A DNA stretch of 64,000 bases from Burkholderiales bacterium (GCA_016200845.1 JACQDW010000067.1:8996-72995); one strand, 5' to 3'; counted from the stretch's first letter, positions 18,724 through 27,737 are shown. Translations and numbers: made by a program. Notes: a model not told the origin generated them from the sequence alone.

Positions 18724-19291
18724 GTTTGTCTCCCCTGTTTTTTGGATATTGGTGCAGACAAGTGAAAATAGACACCACCTTCGCTGCACATAAATTAAGC
18801 ATGTGATGGCGCAAAATTGGCGTCAACTGGTTTTTAAATCGCAAAACCACTTTATAACCACATCGGTAATGACCGCGCTTCAGCATGATCAAAAAGTGCT
18901 GAAAAATGGATAGTTACGAGAGAAATTCTCGGAAACTCAGTGTGGTGCGAAATGTCAGGAATAATGCTGTTTTATTTAATGTTTTCAAACAATGAACAGA
19001 CCAGATGTTGCGCCAATGTGAACTGGTATCAGGGCTATTTTTCAGCTTTCACAGATTTTTTCGCGGGGCGGTATGAATTAGTGACTCAGCTCAAAGCGGT
19101 TTTCGACTTGGAGAGGCGGAGTCGTTTATACTCTTGCTTTTGGCATCAGGCCTGCGGAGAAATAAGGTGTTTCTTTGCAATTTGATGCACCTCTGCGACG
19201 CCACTTAAGTTGTCGGCGTTTTGTGGGAGTTGAGCCAGATTGTTGATCAATGTGGCTTTCGCATTCCCCCGCAGTTCACAGTGAGAAGACT

Positions 19292-19924
19292 ATGTCGAGT
19301 AAGGATTTGCCTGTATCAACAGAAGCGCAGGCATTGCAATTTGTGGATTCGTGTTCCCTGCCTACTACGTGGGCAAACTTCACCATGCATGCGTTTATTG
19401 AGCCAGCCACGGGCAAAGAGCATATCGCCCTGACCTTGTGTGTTGTTCGTGATGGTGAACCGGTCTTAGCCCGCATTCATTCTGAGTGTTTGACTGGTGA
19501 CGCTTTGTTTAGTCAGCGTTGCGACTGTGGCCCGCAGTTGGAAATGGCGATGCAAAAAATCGCGGCGGAAGGACGTGGCGCGATTTTGTATTTACGTCAG
19601 GAAGGCCGTGGCATCGGTTTGCTGGCCAAAGTGCAGGCTTATCACTTGCAAGACGATGGCGCAGATACGGTGGAGGCGAATCAAAAACTGGGGTTTGCCG
19701 CTGATTTGCGTAGCTATAGCTTGTGCGATCCTATGCTCAAGCATTTGGGCATACATAGTGTGAAATTAATGACGAATAATCCGCGCAAGATTTCGGCTTT
19801 GCAGAACATGCAGGTGCGCGTGACCGAGCAAATTCCTTTGATCATTGCGCACAATCCTCACAATGAACGCTATTTGCAAACCAAGGCGACTAAACTAGGC
19901 CACATGCTGGCGCCGGATTTGTAA
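19292..19924 (+). CDS. ribA: GTP cyclohydrolase II
   Basis: RIHSECLTGDALFSQRCDCG, LYLRQEGRGIGL, LMTNNPRK, YLQTKATKLGH. Confidence 0.96.
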   Translation: MSSKDLPVSTEAQALQFVDSCSLPTTWANFTMHAFIEPATGKEHIALTLCVVRDGEPVLARIHSECLTGDALFSQRCDCGPQLEMAMQKIAAEGRGAILYLRQEGRGIGLLAKVQAYHLQDDGADTVEANQKLGFAADLRSYSLCDPMLKHLGIHSVKLMTNNPRKISALQNMQVRVTEQIPLIIAHNPHNERYLQTKATKLGHMLAPDL

Positions 19925-20025
19925 TTCCATTTCTAAATCATTCGTGTCGTTGTTGCCTTCGGCTCGCCGTGCTAAAGCACTGTCTTCGCCTCGTCGCCTA
20001 GACACGATTGATTTGGAAATGGAAT
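19924..20025. repeat. 102-bp fold-back MITE-like element (element B) overlapping the ribA stop
   Basis: TIR ATTCCATTTCTAAATCA / TGATTTGGAAATGGAAT (16/17), inner TCGTGTC/GACACGA; core matches element A on the opposite strand at 40/52. Confidence 0.8.
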
Positions 20026-20041
20026 GTGTGGTCAACAGACC

Positions 20042-20845
20042 CTATCGATGTAAAAAATTCGGATCCCAAATCGGCGCGGCTTCTTTGGAAATCACAAAGC
20101 GGGCGTTTTCGTTTTGTATCTGAATCACTTCGTCCGCAACAGGCTTGGGCAGTCCGCGCCGCTTGGTGGGACGGTTTTGTATGAAGAGTGATTCGAGATA
20201 ACTTTTCAGATAGTCCGGGTCGCCGGAAAACAGACAGATTTTTTGCCAGATGTGGGGATATTGGCTTTTGATCAGCTGTTCTGGTGCGATACGTTCGATG
20301 GCTGCCAGCGACAACGCGTGTGGATTGCCGTGTTCTATCTTGGTATAAATTTGGCCGTCTTGCAGGTCTTCATCGGCGAGGAGTTTTCCAAATGTTTGCA
20401 TGCGGCTATCTAGCTTGGGTGCTTCCAATTCAGAAAATTGTTCAACTGTGCGCAGAATCTGCTCGTAGCTGGGAAGCGTGGCACGACTCCAGCGTATGCT
20501 CTTGATGCGGGCGCGTTTTAATATCTTGCGAGTCGGGTATTCGTCTTCACCGTTGTCCGCCGCTTCATCCTCCAATAACACCACAAATAAGAGCTTGAGC
20601 TGCGCGTTAAACACGCCAAAATCAATTTGGCGTGCGTCTAGTTTTTGGCGAAACAGGGCGGTCTTTTTCTCATTAGCGCTGGACACATTGATCAAATGAC
20701 TGAGTGTCAGTTTAGGAAAAATCTGGCAATTTGGCAGAGCTTGTCTGAGACGTTTGAAGAAAACTTCCTCTTCGGAATTAAATAAATGACGGCGCTCAAA
20801 GTCGGGCGGAGTTTTGGAATCTCGGTCGAGAAATTGCGAGAACAT
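20042..20845 (-). CDS. DUF2726-domain protein with an extra C-terminal helical domain
   Basis: LFNSEEEVFFKRL...IFPKL.L..LI...IDFGVF...VLLED N-terminal pattern; C-terminal YPHIWQKI.LF.GDP..L..YLESL...R.GLP..V.DE. Confidence 0.65.
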   Translation of the reverse strand: MFSQFLDRDSKTPPDFERRHLFNSEEEVFFKRLRQALPNCQIFPKLTLSHLINVSSANEKKTALFRQKLDARQIDFGVFNAQLKLLFVVLLEDEAADNGEDEYPTRKILKRARIKSIRWSRATLPSYEQILRTVEQFSELEAPKLDSRMQTFGKLLADEDLQDGQIYTKIEHGNPHALSLAAIERIAPEQLIKSQYPHIWQKICLFSGDPDYLKSYLESLFIQNRPTKRRGLPKPVADEVIQIQNENARFVISKEAAPIWDPNFLHR

Positions 20846-20966
20846 GGGACACCTCATGCAGAGCTTAGTGATAAAGCTACTATACTGCGCATCTTCTGTT
20901 TAGCAAATAGAATTGCTGAAAAAATAGTCAGGTGGTGCTGGCTTGCGGACGAGTGGTGCAATCAAT

Positions 20967-21005
20967 AAAAAAAACCCAAGACCTTGCAAGGTCTTGGGTT
21001 TTTTT
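20967..21005. terminator. Intrinsic terminator (A-tract, hairpin, T-tract) downstream of the PPIase gene
   Basis: AAAAAAAACCCAAGACCTTGCAAGGTCTTGGGTTTTTTT. Confidence 0.85.
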
Positions 21006-21021
21006 ATAGGAGCAACTAATT

Positions 21022-21768
21022 TTAAGCAAATGCTGGCAAGTTGTAGCCCTGGATGTCTGCTGCGCTGATTAAGCCAGCCAGATAGATTTGCGTTGCTTTG
21101 CGGCCTTCGACATCCGTCAGGTAGGCTTGCAAGCGCTCTTTGACTTCATCAAAACTAACGACGTCGCCGCCATTGCGTTCTGTGACTTGAATGATGTGGT
21201 AGCCAAACTGAGTTTCAATTAATTCTGGTGTGATATTGCCTGGCTCTGTGCTAAATACCGCTTGTTCAAATTCAGGCACCATCTGACCGCGACCAAATTG
21301 ACCCAGAGCGCCGCCTTCTTTGCCGGAAGGGCAGCTAGAATGTTCGCGCGCCATCGCTGCAAATGCTGACGGATTTTTTTGCAAATCTGCCAAAATGCCT
21401 TCTGCTTTGGCCTTGACCAGGGAAGCAGCTAAGCCTTCACCGATGTTGAATAAGATGTGACTGGCAGCTGCCATTTCACCTTGTTTGAAGCTAGCTTGAT
21501 TTTCATCATAAAAACTGCGGCACATCGCTTCGTCGGCAGGCGTGAATTGCACTTCTTGCTCTAACAAACGACCGATTGTTTCGTCATTGCTTTCCGCAGA
21601 GATGCCAGCTTTGGCAGCTTGATCTAGCATCAATTTGCGCAAAATTAATTCTTGCACGGCGCTGTCGCGTAATTGTTCACCTTCTGGATGACCAGCGGCG
21701 CGCGCTCTGTCCATTTCTGCATTGATCGTGGCTTCGGAGATTTCTGTGCCGTTGACGCTAATAGTCAT
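21022..21768 (-). CDS. Parvulin/PpiC-type peptidyl-prolyl isomerase (NifM-like, no signal peptide)
   Basis: ASHIL, FAAMAREHSSCPSGKEGGALGQFGRGQMVPEFE, ETQFGYHII. Confidence 0.9.
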   Translation of the reverse strand: MTISVNGTEISEATINAEMDRARAAGHPEGEQLRDSAVQELILRKLMLDQAAKAGISAESNDETIGRLLEQEVQFTPADEAMCRSFYDENQASFKQGEMAAASHILFNIGEGLAASLVKAKAEGILADLQKNPSAFAAMAREHSSCPSGKEGGALGQFGRGQMVPEFEQAVFSTEPGNITPELIETQFGYHIIQVTERNGGDVVSFDEVKERLQAYLTDVEGRKATQIYLAGLISAADIQGYNLPAFA

Positions 21769-21860
21769 GATGTTCCTAACGAAAAAAGGTGTGTGAATGA
21801 AAACTTTGAAATAAATTTTAGGCTAATTGGGGATGAAAACTGAGTTTTCAATCCCTATTT

Positions 21861-22694
21861 TTAAGTCGAAGCAAGTTGCGCTGTTAATTCGGCAATGCGG
21901 GCTTTCAACTCTTGGTTTTCTGCACGCAGTGCCAGCAATTCGGTACGCATGGCGTCACTCTCAGCGTGCTGCGTGCTTGGTGCCGTAGTCGTGTTCATTG
22001 TGGAGCTGATGGTGGCATTGTCGGTCTCGCCGCCATCAACAGGTTTGACTGCACGCGGGCTGCGGGTTTGGCGCAATTGTCTTGCGGTTTCTTGCAATTC
22101 TTTTTTACCACCTGCGACCGCAGCAACTTGTTGCTCTTCGGGCAGGGCGGCAATGGTCGCCGCGGTGTTAATCGAGATGGTGCCAGCGCGTACCGCTTCG
22201 ACCAACTCTGGCGTGGCTGCTTTGCGGATTTTTTCGATTTGCGCCACGGCTGGTTTTGAGAGCCCAGCGACTTTGGCAATTTCTTCGCGAGTCTCGACCG
22301 GAACCGGATCGGGATCTTTTAAAGCGAGTTCGGCTTCTTGGGCTTTTTCCTGACTGCTCTTGTCTTTGCGGCGGGTGTTGATGATGTCTTTTTTGCGCAA
22401 AGCCAAAACGCCGCGCTGAAAACTCGACACGCTGCGGCGCGCCAGATGATTGTCGATCATCCATAGCATCACATCTTCCAGACTGTTGAACTGGTCATTT
22501 TGCTTGGTTTGAAAGGGAATGCCGTGCTTTTGGCAAATCGCATAGCGATTGTGTCCGTCGATCAGGGTTTCTTGCCACAACACCAGCGCATCACGACAGC
22601 CTTCTTTGAGCAGGCTGCGTTCTAAGGCGAGGTATTCATGTTGCGTGAGGGGATCGATGTAGTCGCGTAATTGCGGATTGATAATGATGGTCAT
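21861..22694 (-). CDS. Orphan ParB-like protein (ParB/Srx N-domain, HTH, C-terminal coiled coil)
   Basis: LIDGHNRY ParB-box-like motif; TREEIAKVAGLS HTH-like segment; AVRAGTISINTAA; LLALRAENQELKARIAEL coiled coil. Confidence 0.7.
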   Translation of the reverse strand: MTIIINPQLRDYIDPLTQHEYLALERSLLKEGCRDALVLWQETLIDGHNRYAICQKHGIPFQTKQNDQFNSLEDVMLWMIDNHLARRSVSSFQRGVLALRKKDIINTRRKDKSSQEKAQEAELALKDPDPVPVETREEIAKVAGLSKPAVAQIEKIRKAATPELVEAVRAGTISINTAATIAALPEEQQVAAVAGGKKELQETARQLRQTRSPRAVKPVDGGETDNATISSTMNTTTAPSTQHAESDAMRTELLALRAENQELKARIAELTAQLAST

Positions 22695-22729
22695 GAGGCA
22701 GCTGCGCTAAAAATGCAAAGCCCGCCACT

Positions 22730-23470
22730 TTACAGCATTCCTTTGAGCCGGTCATATCCAGAACGACTGACCGCCAGTTGCGCACCGACCTGCATGACCG
22801 CCTGATAGCTATCTTTGCTGGCGCGTTCCAGACATTTTAGCGCTTGAAGCCGGATGATGGTCGAACGGTGTATGCGCACAAAAATTGCTGGATCGAGTTG
22901 TTTCTCTAAATCAGACAAGCTTTGCGTCTTCAATAATGATTTGCCTGCGTAATGAATGTGCACGTAGTCATCCATCGCCTCGATATAATCAATTTGCTCC
23001 AAAGGGATGATCACAGTCTGACCGCGATCGCGGATTACCAGTCGATCAGTTTTGCGATTGGCTTGCGTCAGCAGTTCGGGGATAGCTGGATTGTTTTGTC
23101 CTATTAGCTTGCGTGCTTTGTTGAGCGCTTCGTCAAAGCGCTGTTGTGAATACGGTTTCAGCAAATAATCAATCGCATGTTGATCAAAGGCCTTGAGTGC
23201 ATATTGATCGTAAGCCGTCGTGAAAATAATCCCTTCCTTGCGCCCGGTCGCCTCTAACACTTCAAAGCCATTGAGCTTGGGCATCTGGATGTCGAGAAAA
23301 ATCAGATCGGGCTGCAAGCTGGTGATCGTCTCGACGGCTTGCAAACCGTTTTCGCATTCACCGATGATCTGCATATCGGTGTGCGAGCGCAAAAATTCTT
23401 GTGTCAGACGACGCGCGAGATCTTCATCGTCGATGATGAGTACGCGAAATGGAGTGGTGTTTTGGTTCAT
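22730..23470 (-). CDS. LytTR family response regulator
   Basis: REC domain IIDDE/FLDIQMP/FTTAY/DYLLKP; LytTR FVRIHRS and VSRS. Confidence 0.92.
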   Translation of the reverse strand: MNQNTTPFRVLIIDDEDLARRLTQEFLRSHTDMQIIGECENGLQAVETITSLQPDLIFLDIQMPKLNGFEVLEATGRKEGIIFTTAYDQYALKAFDQHAIDYLLKPYSQQRFDEALNKARKLIGQNNPAIPELLTQANRKTDRLVIRDRGQTVIIPLEQIDYIEAMDDYVHIHYAGKSLLKTQSLSDLEKQLDPAIFVRIHRSTIIRLQALKCLERASKDSYQAVMQVGAQLAVSRSGYDRLKGML

Positions 23471-23489
23471 GGATGTTTGTATGGCTTGG

Positions 23490-24575
23490 CTATTTTTCTG
23501 TTTCCAACGGCAGCGTGATCGTGACTTGGAATTTTCCCGCACTGCTTGTCCAATCCGCTTGTGCGCCTTGGCCGTAGACGCTGCGTAAGCGTGCATGCAG
23601 ATTTTTTAAACCGGTGCCTGTGCCTTCGCTGCGCCTTTGTGCTCGAGACTGGCTGTCCTCATCGGCTGTATCGATGGGATTAGTAATGCGTAAAATTAAG
23701 TAGTCACGATAGGATGTCGCTTCGACCTGTATCGTGCCGCCATCGACCAGATCGCGTATGCCATGCTTGATCGCATTTTCTAAAAGCGGTTGCAAGATCA
23801 TCGGCGGTAGCAAGCAAGTTTGTGTCTCTGGATTGATCTGCATTTGCACTTGTAGCTTTTTGCCAAAGCGGATTTTTTCTATCGATAAAAAATGTTCACA
23901 CAAAGCGATTTCTTCGGCCAGCGTGATTTTGCTGCGTTCAGATAGCGCCAAAGTCTGCCTGAAAAATTGCGCAAGTTCGATTGTCATGTGGCGCGCGCCA
24001 GCAGGGTCGATGGCGGTTAAGGCGCTGATCGAGTTGAGACTATTAAACAAAAAATGCGGATTAATCTGGGTGCGCAATACTTGTAGCTCGGCTTCGCGCG
24101 CCAGAACTTGCGACGCCGCTTCACGCTTCTCGGCCTGCCGTAAATTTTCAAAGGCGATCAATACGTCATAGGCCAGAATCGACAATAAATACAGCAACAT
24201 GCCGCTGATGAACATGACGCTCAGCACCATTTTGCTGAGAGTGATGCCTGCCCAAGTTTCATTGAGCGAGACGCCAAATTGATTCCACGCGACACCAAAC
24301 AAAACCCAGATCAAACTGGAGATCGCAGCGCTACAACCGAAGACCATCAAGACGCGGAGAATCTGGCGACGTTGCATGGTTAAGGCCCGTCCCACATAAA
24401 ATGCAGAAGTGGAAATGAAGCCGAAGACGAGGCAGCAAGGCAGGGCAAAGAAGAGAGCATTGCTCCATGCGGCTGTGCCGCTTAATACCAGGACGGTTGC
24501 AATCACACTCGCGACGCAGAGCCAGATGGCGATACTGAAGGCTAGTCTGGGGGTGTGGGATAGGATGGGGTTCAT
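23490..24575 (-). CDS. LytS/YehU-like sensor histidine kinase
   Basis: N-terminal TMs; QINPHFLFNSLN; LQPLLENAIKHG; GTGTGLKNL. Confidence 0.92.
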   Translation of the reverse strand: MNPILSHTPRLAFSIAIWLCVASVIATVLVLSGTAAWSNALFFALPCCLVFGFISTSAFYVGRALTMQRRQILRVLMVFGCSAAISSLIWVLFGVAWNQFGVSLNETWAGITLSKMVLSVMFISGMLLYLLSILAYDVLIAFENLRQAEKREAASQVLAREAELQVLRTQINPHFLFNSLNSISALTAIDPAGARHMTIELAQFFRQTLALSERSKITLAEEIALCEHFLSIEKIRFGKKLQVQMQINPETQTCLLPPMILQPLLENAIKHGIRDLVDGGTIQVEATSYRDYLILRITNPIDTADEDSQSRAQRRSEGTGTGLKNLHARLRSVYGQGAQADWTSSAGKFQVTITLPLETEK

Positions 24576-24594
24576 GTGGGGTTGTCGTTTGTTT

Positions 24595-25015
24595 TTTTGT
24601 GGGGTGGTTTGTAACCCGTTTTTTTATTTTGTGTTTGCTGTTGATCGACGGTCTGTAGGGCGGGTTGCAACCCGCCGTTTGTTTATCCTTCGGATTTGCG
24701 TTTACTGTTGATTTGCTGCCTGTTGGCCGGGGGCGGCCCGGCAGCCGCTCACTTTTCTTGTCCCGCCAAGAAAAGTAAGCAAAAGAAAGCGGCCGCACTT
24801 CGTCGCCCTTCGGGTACCCAATGCTGCAAAACAAAAAATGGGAAAGCGTTGAAACTCGCCTTCGGCTCAAACAGCAACGCTTTCTTAATCCATTTTCTGT
24901 TTCGCATCATTGGCGACGCAGAAGCGGATGAACGTCAACGGCAAAGTCAAAAGCCAATCAACATCAACATCAACATCAACATCAACATCAACATCAACTT
25001 CAAAAGCAAATCAAC
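24595..25015. repeat. Composite REP-associated intergenic element: GTAG-type REP, long structured repeat and (ATCAAC)7 microsatellite
   Basis: GTAG-GGCGGGTT-gc-AACCCGCC at 24655-24676; CACTTTTCTTG..CCAAGAAAAGTAAGCAAAAG hairpin; AAAATGG.AAAGCGTTG...CAACGCTTT...CCATTTT stem; seven ATCAAC units at 24957-24998. Confidence 0.75.
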
Positions 25016-25087
25016 GCTGGTAATTTCTTACGTAATTCGTGTTTTTAGATCAGGAAAAAATTACCAGTTTCTGCCCTGCGATCATAA

Positions 25088-25780
25088 CTAGTTTTTAATC
25101 TCCACGCCACCCATGACTGCTGTTCCTGTGATGATCAGGCGTTTGTTGGCGTCGATGGTTGGTTCGCTGGAGTCGTCTATGCCGCCCAGGAAGGCGATGC
25201 CGTTGTTGACTACGCGCCAGTCTTTTGGAATCTTCAAGGAGACGCCGCCCCAGAATGCTGTGATGTCGATGACGGCTTCGGTTTGAATCACGGCGTTGCG
25301 TAGATCGATTTCTGCTCCGCCCATGATGGCTGTGACTGAGCCGCCACGGAAATCTTGTGAAGCGACGTTGCCCTGATGTCCGCTCATGACTGCGACCACA
25401 TCGATGTTGGATTCGTTACTGTTTTCTTGTGCGCAAAGTCCATTGCCGTCAGCGTCGCGCAATTTGTCTTTAAAGATCATCGCCAAACCCGCCATGATAA
25501 TAATCAGTGGCCACCAATCGCGCAGATGGAAACTAATTATGCCCATATAGTTGAGTGTCATGGATATGCCGAGTAACACTAAGCCGCCGCCTACGAATGT
25601 GCCAGAGCGAGTGCGTGTATTACTGAGTTTGAGCGCACCGACCACGATAAAGACAGTGGGCCAGAATCGTATGATGTCTTGAGCATTAAAAAAATGAAGG
25701 TTGTCTGCCAGTGCCAAAACGCCTATGAGCAAAATAAATGCACCTATGATCAAGCGTTGTTGTGGATTAGAGGATTTCAT
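25088..25780 (-). CDS. LiaF-like membrane protein (DUF5668 TM region plus DUF2154-like C-terminus)
   Basis: Two LiaF-TM-type repeats (FWP, WWPL); FRGGSVTAIMGGAEIDLR, AFWGGVSLKIP.DW.V, VMGGVEIKN. Confidence 0.8.
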   Translation of the reverse strand: MKSSNPQQRLIIGAFILLIGVLALADNLHFFNAQDIIRFWPTVFIVVGALKLSNTRTRSGTFVGGGLVLLGISMTLNYMGIISFHLRDWWPLIIIMAGLAMIFKDKLRDADGNGLCAQENSNESNIDVVAVMSGHQGNVASQDFRGGSVTAIMGGAEIDLRNAVIQTEAVIDITAFWGGVSLKIPKDWRVVNNGIAFLGGIDDSSEPTIDANKRLIITGTAVMGGVEIKN

Positions 25781-25830
25781 CGTTGAACCTTTTTAGAAAA
25801 AATTAGATGGGGTGTACGGTGCGGGAGATT

Positions 25831-26187
25831 CTATTCTTCCCTTTTGAAAAAATAAGCGAGCACATGACTGGCGCCGTAAGCGATCAACATCCATGGCCAG
25901 CTATTGCTGAAATTAAAGCCCCAGACTTTTTCAAAGCAGAGATAGAGCCAAACGCCGATAAAAATCTGAAATAAAGCACTGACGGTTTCGCCCGCTGTTT
26001 TGGCGCGAATCAGTGCGAGTAAGCCAAAGCCGGAAACGCACACAGAGGCGATTAGCCACCAATGAAGTCTGAGGTTGATGTAGTCAAATTTAGCGAGTAA
26101 AAATATCGTGCCGACCGCAACCAAAGTTAATCCGAACTCGACACTGCTGCGTGCCTTGCGTGATGTTCTGAACATTCTGTTTGACAT
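25831..26187 (-). CDS. LiaF-TM/DUF5668-like membrane protein
   Basis: GLTLVAVGTIFLL...SWPWMLIAYG; first gene of the operon; RBS CAGGAG. Confidence 0.65.
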   Translation of the reverse strand: MSNRMFRTSRKARSSVEFGLTLVAVGTIFLLAKFDYINLRLHWWLIASVCVSGFGLLALIRAKTAGETVSALFQIFIGVWLYLCFEKVWGFNFSNSWPWMLIAYGASHVLAYFFKREE

Positions 26188-26272
26188 GGGAAGTCTCCTG
26201 AAAAGTGTTATTGCGAAAATGTTTGCGCCACATCGATAAGATAAATCAGCCGAAAAATGAAGTCATGCCAAA

Positions 26273-26322
26273 TTCGGTGAACGACGGAAATTGTCGGTGA
26301 GTGACGACAACGGCGGTGAATA
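26273..26322 (-). promoter_or_regulatory. Three direct repeats, candidate LytTR binding sites
   Basis: CGGTGA cores at 26275, 26295 and 26314 (minus strand GTCGTTCACCG, GTCACTCACCG, GCTATTCACCG), about two helical turns apart. Confidence 0.6.
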
Positions 26323-26326
26323 GCGC

Positions 26327-26941
26327 TTAGATGATGTGTCTGAAAGTCAGATTGATGCGTGCTGCGCAGGGCGTGGTTTCGCGGGCGATGGAATGCAGCC
26401 AGTGGCTTTGGGTGTTGCCAGACATGAGGAGCAAGCTACCGTGTTGCAGAGCCATAGAGTAGCGCTGATCTTTTTTTGTTTTGTGCTTGAGCAGAAACTG
26501 GCGGCTAGCGCCGAGACTGAGTGAGGCGATATTGGGTTGCGAACCCAATTCTTTTTCGTCGTCGCTATGCCAGCCCATCGCGTCTTGCTGATCACGATAG
26601 AGGTTTAATAGCACGCTGTTGAACGTGCATAGGCATAGGTCTTGTATCTCTCGACGCAGTTGCAGAATCGTGGGCGTCCATGGCGAGGGCGCGAGATGTA
26701 AGCCAGAGTAGCTGTAATGGGCGTTTGGGTCACCAAGCCAGGCGCTCAAACGTGGTTGCTTGCGTGCGATGCCTGCGATGCGGATTTCTTCCTGACGCCA
26801 TGCGGTTTCGCTGAGTAATTGCTGTAGCGCGAGGTCTGCTTTTTTCTCGTCTAAAAAGTGAGGAAAATAACGTAAATGAGCATCTTCTAATTGGATATCT
26901 TCGGATTCACTGTCTGACAGAAATAGCGATTGCTGCGCCAT
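26327..26941 (-). CDS. AlkB-family 2OG-Fe(II) dioxygenase
   Basis: FNSVLLNLYRD..D.MGWHSDDE, IASLSLGA.R.F, WLHSI, RINLTFR. Confidence 0.92.
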   Translation of the reverse strand: MAQQSLFLSDSESEDIQLEDAHLRYFPHFLDEKKADLALQQLLSETAWRQEEIRIAGIARKQPRLSAWLGDPNAHYSYSGLHLAPSPWTPTILQLRREIQDLCLCTFNSVLLNLYRDQQDAMGWHSDDEKELGSQPNIASLSLGASRQFLLKHKTKKDQRYSMALQHGSLLLMSGNTQSHWLHSIARETTPCAARINLTFRHII

Positions 26942-26946
26942 GCGAT

Positions 26947-27678
26947 TTATTTTCCTAACAAACGATGACGTTCGTATTCGATATTAAGGATGGTTTTTTG
27001 GACGGCAACGTCCATGTTGTGTGTCAAATTGACGAAACTAAAACCCACCTGATATTTGCCGTAACGTGCTTGCCCCAGAAAACTGATGTGTTTGACGATG
27101 ACAGGGCAATGTACATTTAAATTATTGGACAGAGTAACCCACGCTTGGAAGATTTCATCGCCAACAGCGAACGATGGAGGGTGATCCACGATGATGCCAA
27201 ATCCACTGACGCTGAGGTCGTGCACTGGCCAATCCGCGATGAGCTTGGCATCCTCGTCAGACAGTTTGACTCGAATTTTTGCAGATCCGGGAACAACGAT
27301 GCGATAGCTCTCCCGACGCTGAAGGCGAATCACGCGATCGGGCAGGGGAACCCAAAAAGCATCGTCTTCACCCCATAAAAAACGCTGTGGATTTTGCCCT
27401 GTAAATTGCACCCGAATGCCATCTGGATTGGCGATGAATACGCATTGCTTGGCTTTTTCCAACAAACGATTCGATTTAGGGTCGCCACCTAAATCGAATA
27501 CCAGTCCGTCGGGACGCGCCGAGAGGATTGCCGTTAGAATAAAATGCTGACCCGCATTAAAATACAAGGTCACGCCCTCGCGTCTGTGAGCAAGGTCATT
27601 TAATACGCTCAGTATTTCAACCTGACTGAGCAGAAAATACTTGTCTTCAATCTCTTCGTTGCTTAGCGATGCGGACAT
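26947..27678 (-). CDS. Flagellar brake protein YcgR/PilZ family
   Basis: QRRESYR (RxxxR) and DLSVSG (DxSxxG) c-di-GMP motifs after a YcgR N-domain. Confidence 0.85.
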   Translation of the reverse strand: MSASLSNEEIEDKYFLLSQVEILSVLNDLAHRREGVTLYFNAGQHFILTAILSARPDGLVFDLGGDPKSNRLLEKAKQCVFIANPDGIRVQFTGQNPQRFLWGEDDAFWVPLPDRVIRLQRRESYRIVVPGSAKIRVKLSDEDAKLIADWPVHDLSVSGFGIIVDHPPSFAVGDEIFQAWVTLSNNLNVHCPVIVKHISFLGQARYGKYQVGFSFVNLTHNMDVAVQKTILNIEYERHRLLGK

Positions 27679-27737
27679 GGCAGACTCATAGCAGGGCTAG
27701 TTGATACAAGAATGGGGCAAATACGCGGTCTTTCATC

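Noticed and set aside
18930-19291. FMN riboswitch upstream of ribA
   Set aside because: The conserved RFN motifs (AGGGCGGGG..AAATTCCCCACCGGCGGT) are absent
24331-25091. ORFs 24331-24870, 24409-24711 and 24696-25091 (INININ tract)
   Set aside because: They overlap the kinase gene or run through the REP composite and microsatellite; no protein-like motifs
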